A DNA stretch of 64,000 nucleotides from Camelus ferus. Taxonomy: Eukaryota. The position numbers were made by a program, and so were the translations under genes. This document shows positions 52,301 through 64,000 of this stretch, piece after piece; position 1 is the stretch's first letter; the number at the start of each line of letters is the position of its first letter. The DNA is taken from assembly GCF_009834535.1 (NCBI RefSeq), contig NC_045711.1:47306001-47370000 (forward strand), in the 5' to 3' direction. The notes under the pieces were generated by a model. It was given only the letters and a program-made list of their open reading frames with translations. It ran no database searches and was not told the DNA's origin.

Positions 52301-53292
52301 ACCCCCACCCCAGGCCAAGTACTGGAGCTCCAACGTCCACGAGGTTCAGGGTGCTGTGTTGAGCCGAAGCGGCCGCGTCCTCCACCGACTCTTCGGGAAG
52401 TGGCATGAGGGGCTGTACCGGGGGCCCCCGCCGGGTGGGCAGTGCATCTGGAAACCCAGTAAGTGGGGCAGCCGGGGTGGACTGGGCGGGGTAAGGGCTG
52501 CTGTGGCACAGTCCACCTGCCCCAGCCCCCTGCCTTCCCCCCAGACTCAATGCCCCCAAACCATGAGCGAAACTTCGGCTTCACTCAGTTTGCCTTGGAG
52601 CTGAATGAGCTGACGGCTGAGCTGAAACGGTCTCTGCCTTCCACGGACACGCGGCTCCGGCCAGACCAGAGGTCAGTGCCAGGCAGGTGCTGCTCTAGAA
52701 CCCGGGGCTCCTCCCTCCCCTGTGGGTTCCATACAGACCTGGGACTGTGTCCTTCCTTCCTTGAGTCACCACAGGGGGAGATGGGGCCTGTTTGGGGCAG
52801 AACTGGGCAGGACAGAGGCCTTGAATGTGGGGGCTCCTGAGGGTAGAGGCAGTTCTGCTGACTGCAGCCTGGATGCTCAGGTACCTGGAGGAGGGGAACA
52901 TACAGGCTGCCGAGGCCCAGAAGAGAAGGATCGAGCAGCTTCAGCGAGACAGGCGCAAAGTGATGGAAGAGAACAACATTGTCCATCATGCTCGCTTCTT
53001 CAGGTTCCTCTGCCCTCTGCCCTCTGCCCTCTGCCCCGGGTCTCTCTGCGACCCAGGCTCCCCTCCTCCTCCCTGTAGCCCCTACCTGCTTTGAGTGGGG
53101 CCAGCAGTGGGAGGCAGCATCTGGGGACAGCGGCCTTATTTCTGGATGTTCACCTCTTGTCTTCCCTTTCCCCGTCCCCCCAGGCGGCAGACAGACAGCA
53201 GCGGGAAGGAGTGGTGGGTGACCAACAACACGTACTGGCGGCTGCGGGCTGAGCCAGGCTATGGGAACCTGGATGGGGCTGTGCTCTGGTAG
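43390..53292 (+). CDS. OSBPL7: Oxysterol-binding protein-related protein 7 (ORP7): PH domain, FFAT motif, ORD
   Basis: Coding exons 43390-43464, 43565-43690, 43859-43912, [114-nt exon inferred inside N 44505-44644], 44986-45096, 45191-45308, 45983-46086, 46439-46531, 46610-46742, 46833-46927, 47088-47183, 47858-47995, 48541-48634, (49288 or 49318)-49550, 49722-49859, 50910-50973, 51072-51150, 52067-52211, 52314-52458, 52545-52671, 52881-53003, 53184-53292. PH motif [34 protein letters not shown] signature EQVSHHPP. Confidence 0.96.
44010..44170 (+). mobile_element. MIR SINE fragment in OSBPL7 intron
   Basis: tttgaatcccaagtacaccatttgctgg...cttgggcaggttacttccctgggcctcag...cagtgcctggcacaaataagtgcc. 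Confidence 0.7.
47380..47610. mobile_element. Two MIR fragments in opposite orientation in OSBPL7 intron
   Basis: tttacagacagggaaactgaga (minus core) followed by gagcctcagtgtcctaaatctgcaaaatggg (plus core). Confidence 0.6.
50040..50440 (+). mobile_element. LINE-2 fragment in OSBPL7 intron
   Basis: gagctaagtcttgaaggatgaattggagtttgc...gcaatggggagccacgggagggttttaag...gtgacatgc. Confidence 0.55.
53007..53034. repeat. (CCTCTGC)4 heptamer repeat at the start of the last OSBPL7 intron
   Basis: Four perfect units beginning at intron position +4 after donor AG|GTT. Confidence 0.9.
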
Positions 53293-54190
53293 CCCTGGCC
53301 CAGGGGGCAGGAGGCCCCAGTTCCTCCCTCCTGCCTCCACCCCCCACCACCCCGCCACGGACACTTGGGCGAGGCCAGGCTCTCCCACTTACTGCCCTGG
53401 AGACCAAAGGGGCAGCCCTGGCTCTGGCCCTCTCCCCTCTGCTGGCCAGAGGGGCTGCATCTCAGCCCACTGCCCACCCCTGGTCTAGGGTGGGAAGCAG
53501 GATTTGTGCTTCCCCAGTCTCGTTGCCCCAGACAACCGGCATGTAAGACCCTCCTTGCTTTGTCATCCCCCGTCTTTCCCCCTTGGGGTACTTAGGGGAG
53601 ACTCCAGACCCTCCAGGATCTGTTCCCCATTTCAGTGCCTTCCTAGGACACAGGGGATCCCTTGATACTCCCCAGGCTTCCTGTGCCCAGGACTCTGGCC
53701 CCAGCATTGAGGTTAGAGTGACTGAAGGAGAGGGGACGGCCTTTTCTTCCAGCCCCATGCCTCCCATTCCCCATCTCCAGCATCTTCTCCCCACACCCTG
53801 GGCCAGGGCGCTCCCTTTGCTTGGCCCTGGCAATTTCTCTCATCCTCCTGGATCCCCTTCTCCCAAACTGCAAAATGCCTGCAGCTTCCAGCTCCTTTAT
53901 CCTTGGACCTCAAGTGGTTTCCTTCAGTCTCAGCTCGGCAGATCCCCTCAGAGCAGACTGGGCAGGAAGGGCGCCTGGCCTCAGACCCACCGGGAGTGAG
54001 TGAGGACCCGTGAGAGTGTCGGTTTGTGTTGGAGAGCGTGTGTGCGTGCGCGTGTCTGTGTACTGCTTGCAGGCGAGCAGGATTCCTCTTGTAGCCCGGA
54101 CGTCCCCGCTGCCGGGTGTCCGCCCCCGTTGCTGCTCATTTTCTCAGTCTGCCTCTGATTAAGGTGAATGGCTATGACATTCCAAACTCC

Positions 54191-54196
54191 AATAAA
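54191..54196 (+). terminator. OSBPL7: OSBPL7 polyadenylation signal AATAAA
   Basis: AATAAA about 900 nt after the stop codon. Confidence 0.7.
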
Positions 54197-57100
54197 GACT
54201 GTCCCAAACTTTGGCCTGCAACCATTCATTTCAAAACACATGTGTTCAAGTGAAATGAAGGCTCATGGCCCCCTACTCACCCAGGCTAAAACCCAGTGTC
54301 ACCTCTCCCTTAATCCTCACATCCTGTCGATTCTACCTCGGTGTCTCTCAGCTCTGGCACCTTCTCTCAGTTGCACCTGGCTTAGGATGGGCCCTTGTCA
54401 ACTTTTGCCTGGACAACTGCAGTATCCTCAGAGCCTCAGGCACTTCCATTCTTAATACTGCCTTTCAGGGGGATATTTTAAAAGACAAATATGGCACCTC
54501 GTACCTGCTTCAAATACATCCATTGCTTCTTAGTGCCTAAAGGGAAAACCCAAACTCTTCAACCAGGCAGAGTATTGTGTAGTTCCTGTCCCCCTCCAGC
54601 ACAGAAGCTGACTCCATGCTCAACATCCTCGTTTAGGTCTGCGCTCACTTCCTCACCCCACTCAGTGACTGTTCAAGGAAAGGTGGAGGTGGGGAGGGAC
54701 TAGAAGAGATGGGAGAACAGGGCAAGCTGCAGGTTCTACCCTCTCCAACCACCTGGGCTGAGTTCAGATCCCAGCTCTGTTATTCCAAAGCTGAGTGATC
54801 TTGGCCAAATGTCTTACCTTTCCCTTCAGAGACTCCATTCCCTCATTTGGCTTCTTCTGTGTCTCAGAGGGGGATGTAAATGTAGTGAGCCAGGCTCCTG
54901 ATCTTATTAGTTGTCTCCTAACCCCTCACCTCACCCCACTGTGACCACAGGCCTTGGTCTGGTTTGATGGATGTCCCAAGAGGAGGTCATGCTTTCTCAG
55001 GAAGGTGGCAAGAGCAGAGGGATCCGCTGAGCTACGGCAGCTCTCCCAATTCTAGTTTTTCCTTCTTCCCTCTCCTCCAGTGCCCCCACACCCTCGCTCC
55101 AGGGCCGGGTGTGGTCCACATTTCCACAATTTATTTACAGGGAGCTCTAAAAGGAACACATTTGTCCTGACACCATGCACCAGAAATAACCTCAACCCAT
55201 TCCAAAGAAAGCCAAAGCCTGCACACATTCAGGATCTTTTTAAAACGAAGTGCACTGTCTTCCTCCCCCACCCTTTCCACTCAGAGCCACACAGAGCCTG
55301 ATTGACCAGCCGATGTTCAACCTCTGCATATTTTAAGAACTAGAGTTTCAAGTAGACCAAATTCCAAAGTTATTTTTCTAATGGAGACAGGAGACTGGCA
55401 GCTCCTCTACCCACAGGAACCAAGTCATCTGTGGCTTTGGCCGTCTGGATCAGCGTCCTCTCCCCTCTGGGTGCCAACCCAATGGCAGGAAGATGGTTAG
55501 GATGGTCAGGTTGGTTTGCTCTCGCTGGGGCACTCCCTGCTAGAGGACTGCTGTCATCTCAGAAAGCCTCCCCACCCAGCCAGGGTTTGGTGGGGCGCTC
55601 AGGCCAGGCTGACTCCAGGCTGGGTTCTGTGGACAGAGTGAAGGGACAAGAAGCAGCTGTAGGTGTAGAGGGTGGCGGCCACCTCAAGTGCTCAAGTCTG
55701 GTCTGAGAAGGAACAGTGGGCCCCCTTGTCAAGCCCATCTCAGTCTAGTCTGAGGACGCACAGGAGGACTGCTGACCACAGGGCCTTGGAGCAGCCCTGC
55801 CTAGGTGCAGACCACTGGCCTTGCCTGGAGGATATGGTGGGCCTGGGCAGATGGGAGGATGTGGGCTCAACAGCCCACATCTTGACTCAGCTTGGGAAGG
55901 ATGGGAGGTGGGACACACCAGTTTGTGAAGCCAGGGACCTGCTCCCCTGGATGTGGGAAGAAGGTCAGAGCTTGAACAGCAGGGGAAAACCTGGGCCCGG
56001 TGATGGTGACAGGAGCTTCATCTCACCTACTGTGGTCCCGCCAACCCCAAGCAGCTCCACTTAGAGAGAGATTCAAATTATATTTTTAAAGTTCACTATT
56101 GGATAGGTGATGGGGATGCCCGGGTAGCTAGGGGCAAAAAGGCTGGAAATACTTAATGACCCCCCCAATTCCCTGAATCTTCTGAATAAATAGTGGTTTG
56201 GGGATATGTTTGTAGTAAACCCCAGAGCGAGGAGAGGGTCGAACCAGCAGAGGAGGCTGGTGTCAGAAGTAAACACCATCGGACATTAGTTGAAGTGATG
56301 AAAACAGATTTTGTTCTGTGACTACTGACCGGAGAGGAAAGAGCTGAGCTCCGTTCCAATCCATGCAGAGGAGTCTGGGTGTCTAAGGGGAGAATGAAGG
56401 AGTAGGAAGGACTGCGGGAACTCAGGCAGGGTCAGAGAAGAAAACATGACAAATTACAAGAGGTCATGCAGTGTCAATGTCGTTGGGCCAGGGCGCCTGC
56501 CAGCGGCGGTCATTTTAGGATTCTGTCCTCTGGGAGAGACTGGGAGACAGGGTGCTACCCCTCCTGATGACTACATTTCCAGGAACGACTTTCATGTCCT
56601 TGAGAAAAACACTCCTATTGGAGGTGGAGGAAGGACGGAGGACAGAGTCACAACTGTAAGCCCTTTTGAGTAAATGCTCTAAGAAAGGGAAGTTAGGGGC
56701 CTAGGGTCAGGTGTGGGCTGGAACAAGCAGCAAAGTCTCCTGGCAGCACTGAGCTTTCTCAGGCAGGCATCTCAAGAGGGGTGGGGGTCGTCCTAGGGAC
56801 ATGGCCTTATGCTGCAGGAAGCTGTGCTAGAGTTCAAGGTCTCCTAGTGCAGGGGTTTGGGCAGAGTCATTATGTGCTCACCTGAAGTTCTCATGGGACA
56901 CTTCCCAGCCCCTCCTGGAGGTCAGGGTGTGGATCTGAGTCCCCAAAGCTGGAGTCGGTGTTCAGGGCAGAAGGAGTCAGATGAGCTAGCACCCACCTCC
57001 CTGCTCCTCCGATGGCATGCAGCTCAGGTGGGTGTGTGGATGTGGTGGGGGTGGCAGGGGGTGGAGGTTTCCCACCAGCTCTGCTGCAGGAAGAGAGCAG

Positions 57101-60089
57101 TGGGGGCAGTGGGGGGGGGGGGTACCCGAAGTATCTGACCAATGCCTGCTCAGGATGCAAAGGTCCTGATGTTCAACTTCAAGTCCACTGGTTTCGGTCT
57201 GTCCCCTAGAACTTTCCTCTCCTAGGTTGTACTGTTGTGGTCCCAGTTCTCCACAGGCACCTTAAAGAATTCTCAGGGGACCCCTTCTGTCTGGATCATT
57301 TGCTTAATGATGCCGCCTTCCTGGAAAGGACCCACTAAACAAGTGATTTCCCTTTTAAAGACCCTCTGGTTCCAGCAAGGGCAGAAAATGATGTGGGGCT
57401 TAGCGCTCTCCCCCGGGGCCCATCTCTGTGCCCCTTAGGTGGCCAGAGAGGGTAGCAGAGATTTCAGGGGGACCCTCACAGGGTGGCCTGGGCTGAGTCT
57501 TGTTCACCCAATGACCTATTCCTGGCATAGACTCTTAACCAGGCACCTGGCCTAAAGAGTTCATAGATTGATCCACCCTGATTCTTATCCCACCCTCATC
57601 CTCTCCTCACCTGCCCCCTAAAAGCCCATGCAGAGAGGAGTCGCTGACAGCTCTTGAGATCCCCGACACACCAGAGTCAGCTCCAGGTCAAGGTGCCCCC
57701 AGGGGCTGCAGGAACTTGACCTTGGGAGTAGGGGTTCTAAAGTACCACCTATGTCTCATTAACATGTCATCACATAGTGCAAAATCCTCAGGTTCCTGGA
57801 AGATGCTTCCAGGCCCTAATATATTTGGAGGAGGTAAGTCCAAACTGTTGGCACTATGAGCCATGATGCCAGGACCCTGGGGATGCTGGGCCTTGCTGGT
57901 TCCTAACATGAGAGGCCTCTAAAAATGATGGGTGGGCTGGACTATGGGGAGGTTGTGGGTGGAAGAAGAAATTGGAAGGGTCTGGACAGGAGCTGGAGAG
58001 AGAGAGAAAGGGGATGAGTTGGCTTCAGAGTCAGTATATCCAGGATGGAGGTGGTGAGATTCTTTAAGTTTCCTCAAGAGGGCACCTGGGTCTCTTGGAA
58101 GGATCAACTCAGGCCCATCCTGAACCCATGTGGCTGGTGGCTGCACCCACCATATCTGCTCAGAGTATCAGGCCCCCAGGAATCTGCAGTGGCTGGGGCC
58201 CAGCTCGGCAATGATAAATGATAGCACAGACACCATTTGTCAGCAGTGCGCTCAACCACTGACCACCTTCATCTTCAGAGAACACTCACTGGGGCAGGAA
58301 ACACCCCTTTCTGAGCGACCCAGGGGTCTCCACTCTCCCAGAAACCGCCCAGGTGGCCTGGGGGGTGGGTGGCCAGGCCTCCTTTGCTAGTGCCTTCTCA
58401 CTCCCAGGTAACAGCACCCTCCAGGGGCTGTTTCAAGACACCCCCCCAACCCCAACTTCATGAGAGAACTTTCCGCTAAGTTTCCACTATCACCTCTCTC
58501 GCTTCTGTAGTCTCCAGACCCATCACACATGGGAAGGAAACTCAAAATTAGTCTGGTACCCTAACTTTGAAATTCCAAAGAGAAAGGCAGGTAGAGCATA
58601 TGGTAGCTAGAGAGCCATCCTAAAGTCCAGACAAGCGATGCCCCTGCCAGGGCCCTCAGATCTGAAAAGGTCTGTTTCTGGCTTTTCTCTGACAGCACCC
58701 CTCCCACAGGGCTGGGATCTGTGGAGTGGAGGGAATGTGGTATCTGACCCATCACAGACAACATCCCAGGTACTTAGGGCCCTGGAATTCCTGAACAATT
58801 GGCTTCTAGATCACAGAGCAGGTACCTTTCCCAGGCACACCCTGTTGAGGTTTGACTGTGCCTGCCTGTGGGCAGGCATCCCCTTGGGCCAGGTCTCCCT
58901 ACACTGATGAGGAACTCAGAGGAGTTTGAAAATTCTAAATTCAAACCTGACCTTTCAGGTCATAATAAAGTTTTATTTTGTCAAGTCTGGAAGATAGAAC
59001 ATATTTGTCAGCTTGGTTTATAACCTTTAAGTATTTACCATGTGATATATGAGCCTGTGTTTGTACTTCTATCACCCAGGATAGAATGCTAGGGGTGGGC
59101 CTGGAAAGATTTCTTGTGTTGTGCTTCTCAAGGATGTATGCATGTGGTGGGGGCACCCACTGTGCCCTCCTGGGAGGGGTGAGACTAGGGGTGAGAAAGA
59201 AGCTAGGTCAGTGCCAGTTTAGTAGAGATGTCTTGGCTGCTGAGAGAAGCCATCTCACCTAGGACCCCTGGAAAGAACCAGAAAAGAAGTGGGAAGGGTG
59301 GGTCCCATTAGCCCTCCCTCCCTTCTCCACCACTTAGCAAGATACTCCAGGCCCAGGGCAGCCTCTCTCCTCAAGCCAGGCCATCAGAGGCCAGCACACT
59401 CCCCTTCCACCACCTGCAATACAGGGTGGGACTAAAAGCCAGGAGATCTGAGTTCCTTGCCTGGCCCTGCCATTTAATCCCTTCCTTCATTTCTCCCTCT
59501 GTAGGGTAGGTTTAATGATAAGGCCCCACTCCCTCAGGTCTCTCTCTTTTGTCAAAGGAGATTGTGGGACGTGGCATTATCTAAGCTGTGGAGCACCAGA
59601 CAAGGTTGACTTCAGATGATTTGGACCAGAGTCACCACCAGCTCTGCTACCCCAACACCTGGGGCTCCCAGTGCAGTACAAGTCCTCCCTGAGACAGAAG
59701 GAAGCAGAGGTCAAATGTGGGTGCGCAGACACAAGTTGGTGCCCTAAAGTTCCCAATACTTTTGCCAAGGAAAGGATACAAAGCATCTCTCCCAAAAGAT
59801 GGGGAGGCTCAGGCCTCGGTCAAGGGGGAGGGGGCAGCACCCCTCTCCTCTATAGTCCCCCTCACCATCAGGCCCCGAAACAGAACATATGTTAGCTAAC
59901 TTACCCCCACCCCAGTTAGAGCCTCGGGCTGCGGAAAGCTCCTGTCCCACCCACATCAGTCACAGGAGAGACACTCTTGGCCAGAAAGTCGTGGAAGGGC
60001 AGCAAGTCCCAGGTTGGCAAAGATGAGGGTTGCGAGGTCAGAAATGGGCACCTGCCCCAGGCATCACTTTGGCCTTCACCTCTGGCACC

Positions 60090-60530
60090 AATACGGGGTG
60101 GCCAAGGTGGGAGGTGGCCGGGTGCGTGTGGACACTCAACTTCGCAGGAGCACCCGGGGCAGAGCCGCACCGCCCAGCCCGGCCGCTCTGGTGCAGCTGG
60201 CCCGGTGGCCGCCGGGCGGAGCCCGAGGACCGGCGACGCTGGAGCGCGGGGCCTGGCCCGGCGGGTGGCAGCGGCTCGCCGCGTCCTCGGTCGCTTCTGC
60301 GGGAGCCGCGAGGGGACCCCGTCCCCGCCCACCCACCCACCCGCGGGGCTGCGGGACTTGGGCCGCGGGGTCCGCGGGGGCGCCTGGGGTCTCTGGCCAC
60401 CTATCTCCTCCGCGCACACGAACGCGGGTCTCCTCGCCCAACACGCGCCTCAGGCACTGCGGGACCGGGACCGCGCCCCCGCCTGCAGCCCTTCACCTGC
60501 AGAGAGGGCCGGCCCAGGGCCCCAGACCTG
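60090..60530. promoter_or_regulatory. Intergenic (orphan) CpG island
   Basis: Abrupt very high GC and CpG density (gccgcaccgcccagcccggccgc..., cgcgcacacgaacgcggg) with no recognisable coding exon nearby. Confidence 0.7.
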
Positions 60531-60904
60531 GACAGCCTCCCGCAACAACCTCAACTACTCATCCTCTCCATCTCAAAGGATGTAAAATGTGTCCTGGGGA
60601 TGACCATCTGGAAAAGGAAGTCCTGACCAAGGGAAAGACCGAGAAGGGACAGCATGGACTCGGAGAGCCGCAAGGGTGAGGACAAGAGACAGGGACGTCT
60701 GAAGGCAGAATAATTTAGAGCCCTGTGTTATGGAGAGGAGGTAGTGGCCAAGTTTCCTGTCTAGATTGTCAGTTTCTCCCTGTATTTCTTTAAACTGACA
60801 ACAATATAGTGCAAGTGTTTTTTTTAACCATCCCTCCACCCCTGTTAAAAAGAATGCACGTTCATTGTTGGACAATTAGAAAACACAGAAAAGAATAAAG
60901 ACCT

Positions 60905-62218
60905 NNNNNNNNNNNNNNNNNNNNNNNNNNNNNNNNNNNNNNNNNNNNNNNNNNNNNNNNNNNNNNNNNNNNNNNNNNNNNNNNNNNNNNNNNNNNNNNN
61001 NNNNNNNNNNNNNNNNNNNNNNNNNNNNNNNNNNNNNNNNNNNNNNNNNNNNNNNNNNNNNNNNNNNNNNNNNNNNNNNNNNNNNNNNNNNCTCAATATT
61101 GAAAAACAAGCAACCCGATTGAAAAATGGGCAGAAGACCTGAATAGACATTTTTCCAAAGAAGACATACAAATGGCCAGTAGGCACATGAAAAGATGCTC
61201 AAAGTTGCTCATCAACAGAGAAATGCAGTGCAAAACCACACTNNNNNNNNNNNNNNNNNNNNNNNNNNNNNNNNNNNNNNNNNNNNNNNNNNNNNNNNNN
61301 NNNNNNNNNNNNNNNNNNNNNNNNNNNNNNNNNNNNNNNNNNNNNNNNNNNNNNNNNNNNNNNNNNNNNNNNNNNNNNNNNNNNNNNNNNNNNNNNNAAA
61401 ACTAAAAGTTACCATATGATCCAGCAATTTCACTCCTGGGTATATAGCCAAAGAAAATGAAAACAATAGTTCAAAAAGATACATGCACCTCNNNNNNNNN
61501 NNNNNNNNNNNNNNNNNNNNNNNNNNNNNNNNNNNNNNNNNNNNNNNNNNNNNNNNNNNNNNNNNNNNNNNNNNNNNNNNNNNNNNNNNNNNNNNNNNNN
61601 NNNNNNNNNNNNNNNNNNNNNNNNNNNNNNNAAAATGAATGAAATTAAGAGATAAAGCAAGGGTTTGGAGTGAGTGGGCCTTCATGGGTAGCACCAGGTT
61701 CTTGTTATGGTTATCTGTTGGTCTAAAACAAATTTTAGGATCAAAGAATAAATTAGCTATTTTTTATGGGAAAAAAAAGAAATTTTGCCATTTGCCACGA
61801 CACAGATGGACTTGTAGGGTATTATGTTTAGTGAAATAAGTTAGACAGAGAAGGACACATACTATATGTTATCACATACATGGAATCTAAAAATTAAACA
61901 AACTAGTGAATATAACAAAAAAGAAACAGACTCACAGATATATAAACAAACTAGTGGTTACCAGCGGGGAGAGGGAAGCAAGGAAGGGCAAGACAGGGAT
62001 AAAGGATTAAGAGGTACAAACTGCTATGTGTAAAATAAATAAGGTGCAAGGATACATTGTACAGCACAGGAAATATAGCCAATATTTTATAATAACTATA
62101 AATGGGGTATAATCTTTAAAAATTGTCAATCACTATGTTGTACACCTGAAAATTACATGATATTGTAAATAAACCATACTTTAATTTTAAAAAGTCCTAA
62201 AAAAATAAGTTAAAAAAA
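60905..62218 (+). mobile_element. LINE-1 3' portion (ORF2 C-terminus + 3'UTR + A tail), partly N-masked
   Basis: aaaaatgggcagaagacctgaatagacatttttccaaagaagacatacaaatggcc...catgaaaagatgctc (ORF2), ...tatgttgtacacctgaaa...A-rich end. Flanked by older antisense L1M-type fragments (about 60840-60900, 62225-62460, 62740-62950). Confidence 0.9.
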
Positions 62219-63240
62219 GCCCACATTTCCACATCTCAAGGACTGTCTTTCAATCCTTAGCACTTTCTTCCATAAGTGTCACATGATCACACCATCTGTA
62301 GTTTTGTGTCCTACACCAGGACCACATTCCCATGTTACTGTCTTCAAAAACATGATTTTTAAAGTATACATAATGTTCCATTGAAGCAGAGGAGTTTTAG
62401 ATTTACAACCTTTAAAATATATCAGAAAAAAAAATTGCAAAATAAAATGTGTTGGAAACCTCTGAAAAATAAAATAAAATCAATCAGAATAATAGCAAAG
62501 AAAATCCTTGAAGCTTTATCCACATCTGATTTTTTTACGCTAAATTACTAAACATGGAATTATTTAAATCTAACGCAGCAGGTTTCAAGCCTGGTTGCAT
62601 ATTCCGTTACTCCGAGAAGTTTTGCAAAAGACCACGGCCAGAGTGGTCCGGGTGGGGCCTGAGCCTCGCTGTTTTGAAAATGCTTCACGTGCAGCCTAGG
62701 TTTACCACTGGTTTAAGGGTAGGGACATTTTGTCTCAATTTATTTTTATTCTGAAAGTAACACATACTCCTAGAAAAATATTCAAACAGAAAGGAAGGTA
62801 TAAATGATATGAGACAATAAACATCCTGCCCCCACATTCCCTCCCACTCCCAGGAGCCCCTCCATTAGCTGTTTGGTGTTAGTGGCCCTGCCTTTTTCAG
62901 TGTGAGTGTATGTGTAAAACTGCATTTATATGTTGAAACATGGAGATGTGTATATGATGGGCAAAGGCATATCAAGCAAATAACAGCAAATAGACGGATA
63001 AAATAAATACATACTTGTTATAAAAACAAATTGAGCAACACACGAGTATATACCCCAAAAGAGGATATCCCGGGCAGCTGGAAACCTAAGCCCGTATCAT
63101 TGAGGCTGATCGGAACTGCATTTTGAATACTGTGAGTTTTGTGAGGAGAATGGAATGGAAGGGAGCCACAGATGTTATGGGCAGAGCAGCAAAGAGCAAA
63201 CTGCACTAGTTCAGGCAAAAGACAGCACTCACTTGACTAG

Positions 63241-63570
63241 TGCTGTGGCCTGAATGTTTGTGCCCCCCCAGAATTCATCTGTAGAAACCTAATCACCAAT
63301 GTGATGATATTAGGAGGTGGGGCCTTTGGGAGGTGATTAGGTCATGAGGGAGTCGCCCTCCATAAATGAGATTCATACCATTATAAANNNNNNNNNNNNN
63401 NNNNNNNNNNNNNNNNNNNNNNNNNNNNNNNNNNNNNNNNNNNNNNNNNNNNNNNNNNNNNNNNNNNNNNNNNNNNNNNNNNNNNNNNNNNNNNNNNNNN
63501 NNNNNNNNNNNNNNNNNNNNNNNNNNNNNNNNNNNNNNNNNNNNNNNNNNNNNNNNNNNNNNNNNNGGCA
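63241..63570 (+). mobile_element. MaLR LTR (MLT1/MST-like)
   Basis: tgctgtggcctgaatgtttgtgcccccccagaattcatctgtagaaacctaatcaccaatgtgatgatattaggaggtggggcctttgggaggtgattaggtcatgag. Confidence 0.85.
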
Positions 63571-64000
63571 CTGCTGTTAGAGAGCTCGCTGGTCCACCAG
63601 CCCCAACCACATCTTGCTTCCCTCACCACCACTGGACTTCAAGGTCACCGACTGGACCGGCCTCTCCATGGAACCGCCTGCTTGCTACTATCTCTCTCCT
63701 TCCTGCTGGCCTCCAACCTTGGTTCCTCCCAAAGTCTGCTCCTACACATGCGCAGCATAGCCCTGCCAGGGCATATTCCCCAGCTATGGATGGACAAGGA
63801 CTGTCATAGATACACGGCCTTTAGTATGAGATCACATCAAAGTTCTTGGCAATAGTTCAGAGTCCATTTGCACCTGGACAATGGCCTTACCTTTTCTCCT
63901 CTCCAGTCATTACCAGCCCTCGCCACTTACTTCCAGACTCTCCTAACCAAAACATGCTCAATCAAATATCTACCTTCTGACATACTTGGGAATAATTTTT

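Noticed and set aside
56295-56330. C/D-box-like motifs GTGATGA...CTGA
   Set aside because: The boxes are only about 25 nt apart with no terminal stem, too short for a snoRNA, and the site is intergenic.
59916-60679. Several 100-220 aa ORFs on both strands of the CpG island
   Set aside because: Stop-codon scarcity in very GC-rich DNA; low-complexity products with no recognisable family.

Overview
Mammalian genomic DNA, very probably a camelid, judged from three copies of a tRNA-derived SINE that resembles the camelid family. The window holds the conserved block SP6(+) - SCRN2(+) - LRRC46(-) - MRPL10(+) - OSBPL7(+), syntenic with human 17q21.32 read in reverse. I spliced all five genes by hand using GT-AG boundaries. 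They give intact frames of the expected size: SP6 376 aa, SCRN2 425 aa, LRRC46 323 aa, MRPL10 262 aa and OSBPL7 about 837-847 aa. One OSBPL7 exon and part of the SP6 zinc fingers lie under N blocks. The rest is intronic or intergenic DNA with MIR, L2, L1, hAT/MER, MaLR LTR, SINE and microsatellite repeats, and most ORF-track entries are GC-rich shadow ORFs. I found no evidence for a wholly new gene system. The most notable observations are: (1) SP6 codon 364 is Ser, matching the horse curly-coat allele as I recall it; (2) the OSBPL7 exon-15 acceptor expected from the human protein is missing, with in-frame rescue sites 15 nt either side; (3) an in-frame upstream start in OSBPL7 exon 1; (4) an Arg-to-Cys change at the MRPL10 presequence cleavage motif; (5) a 133-bp polyadenylated retro-fragment nested in an L1. 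All orthologue comparisons are from memory and need database confirmation.
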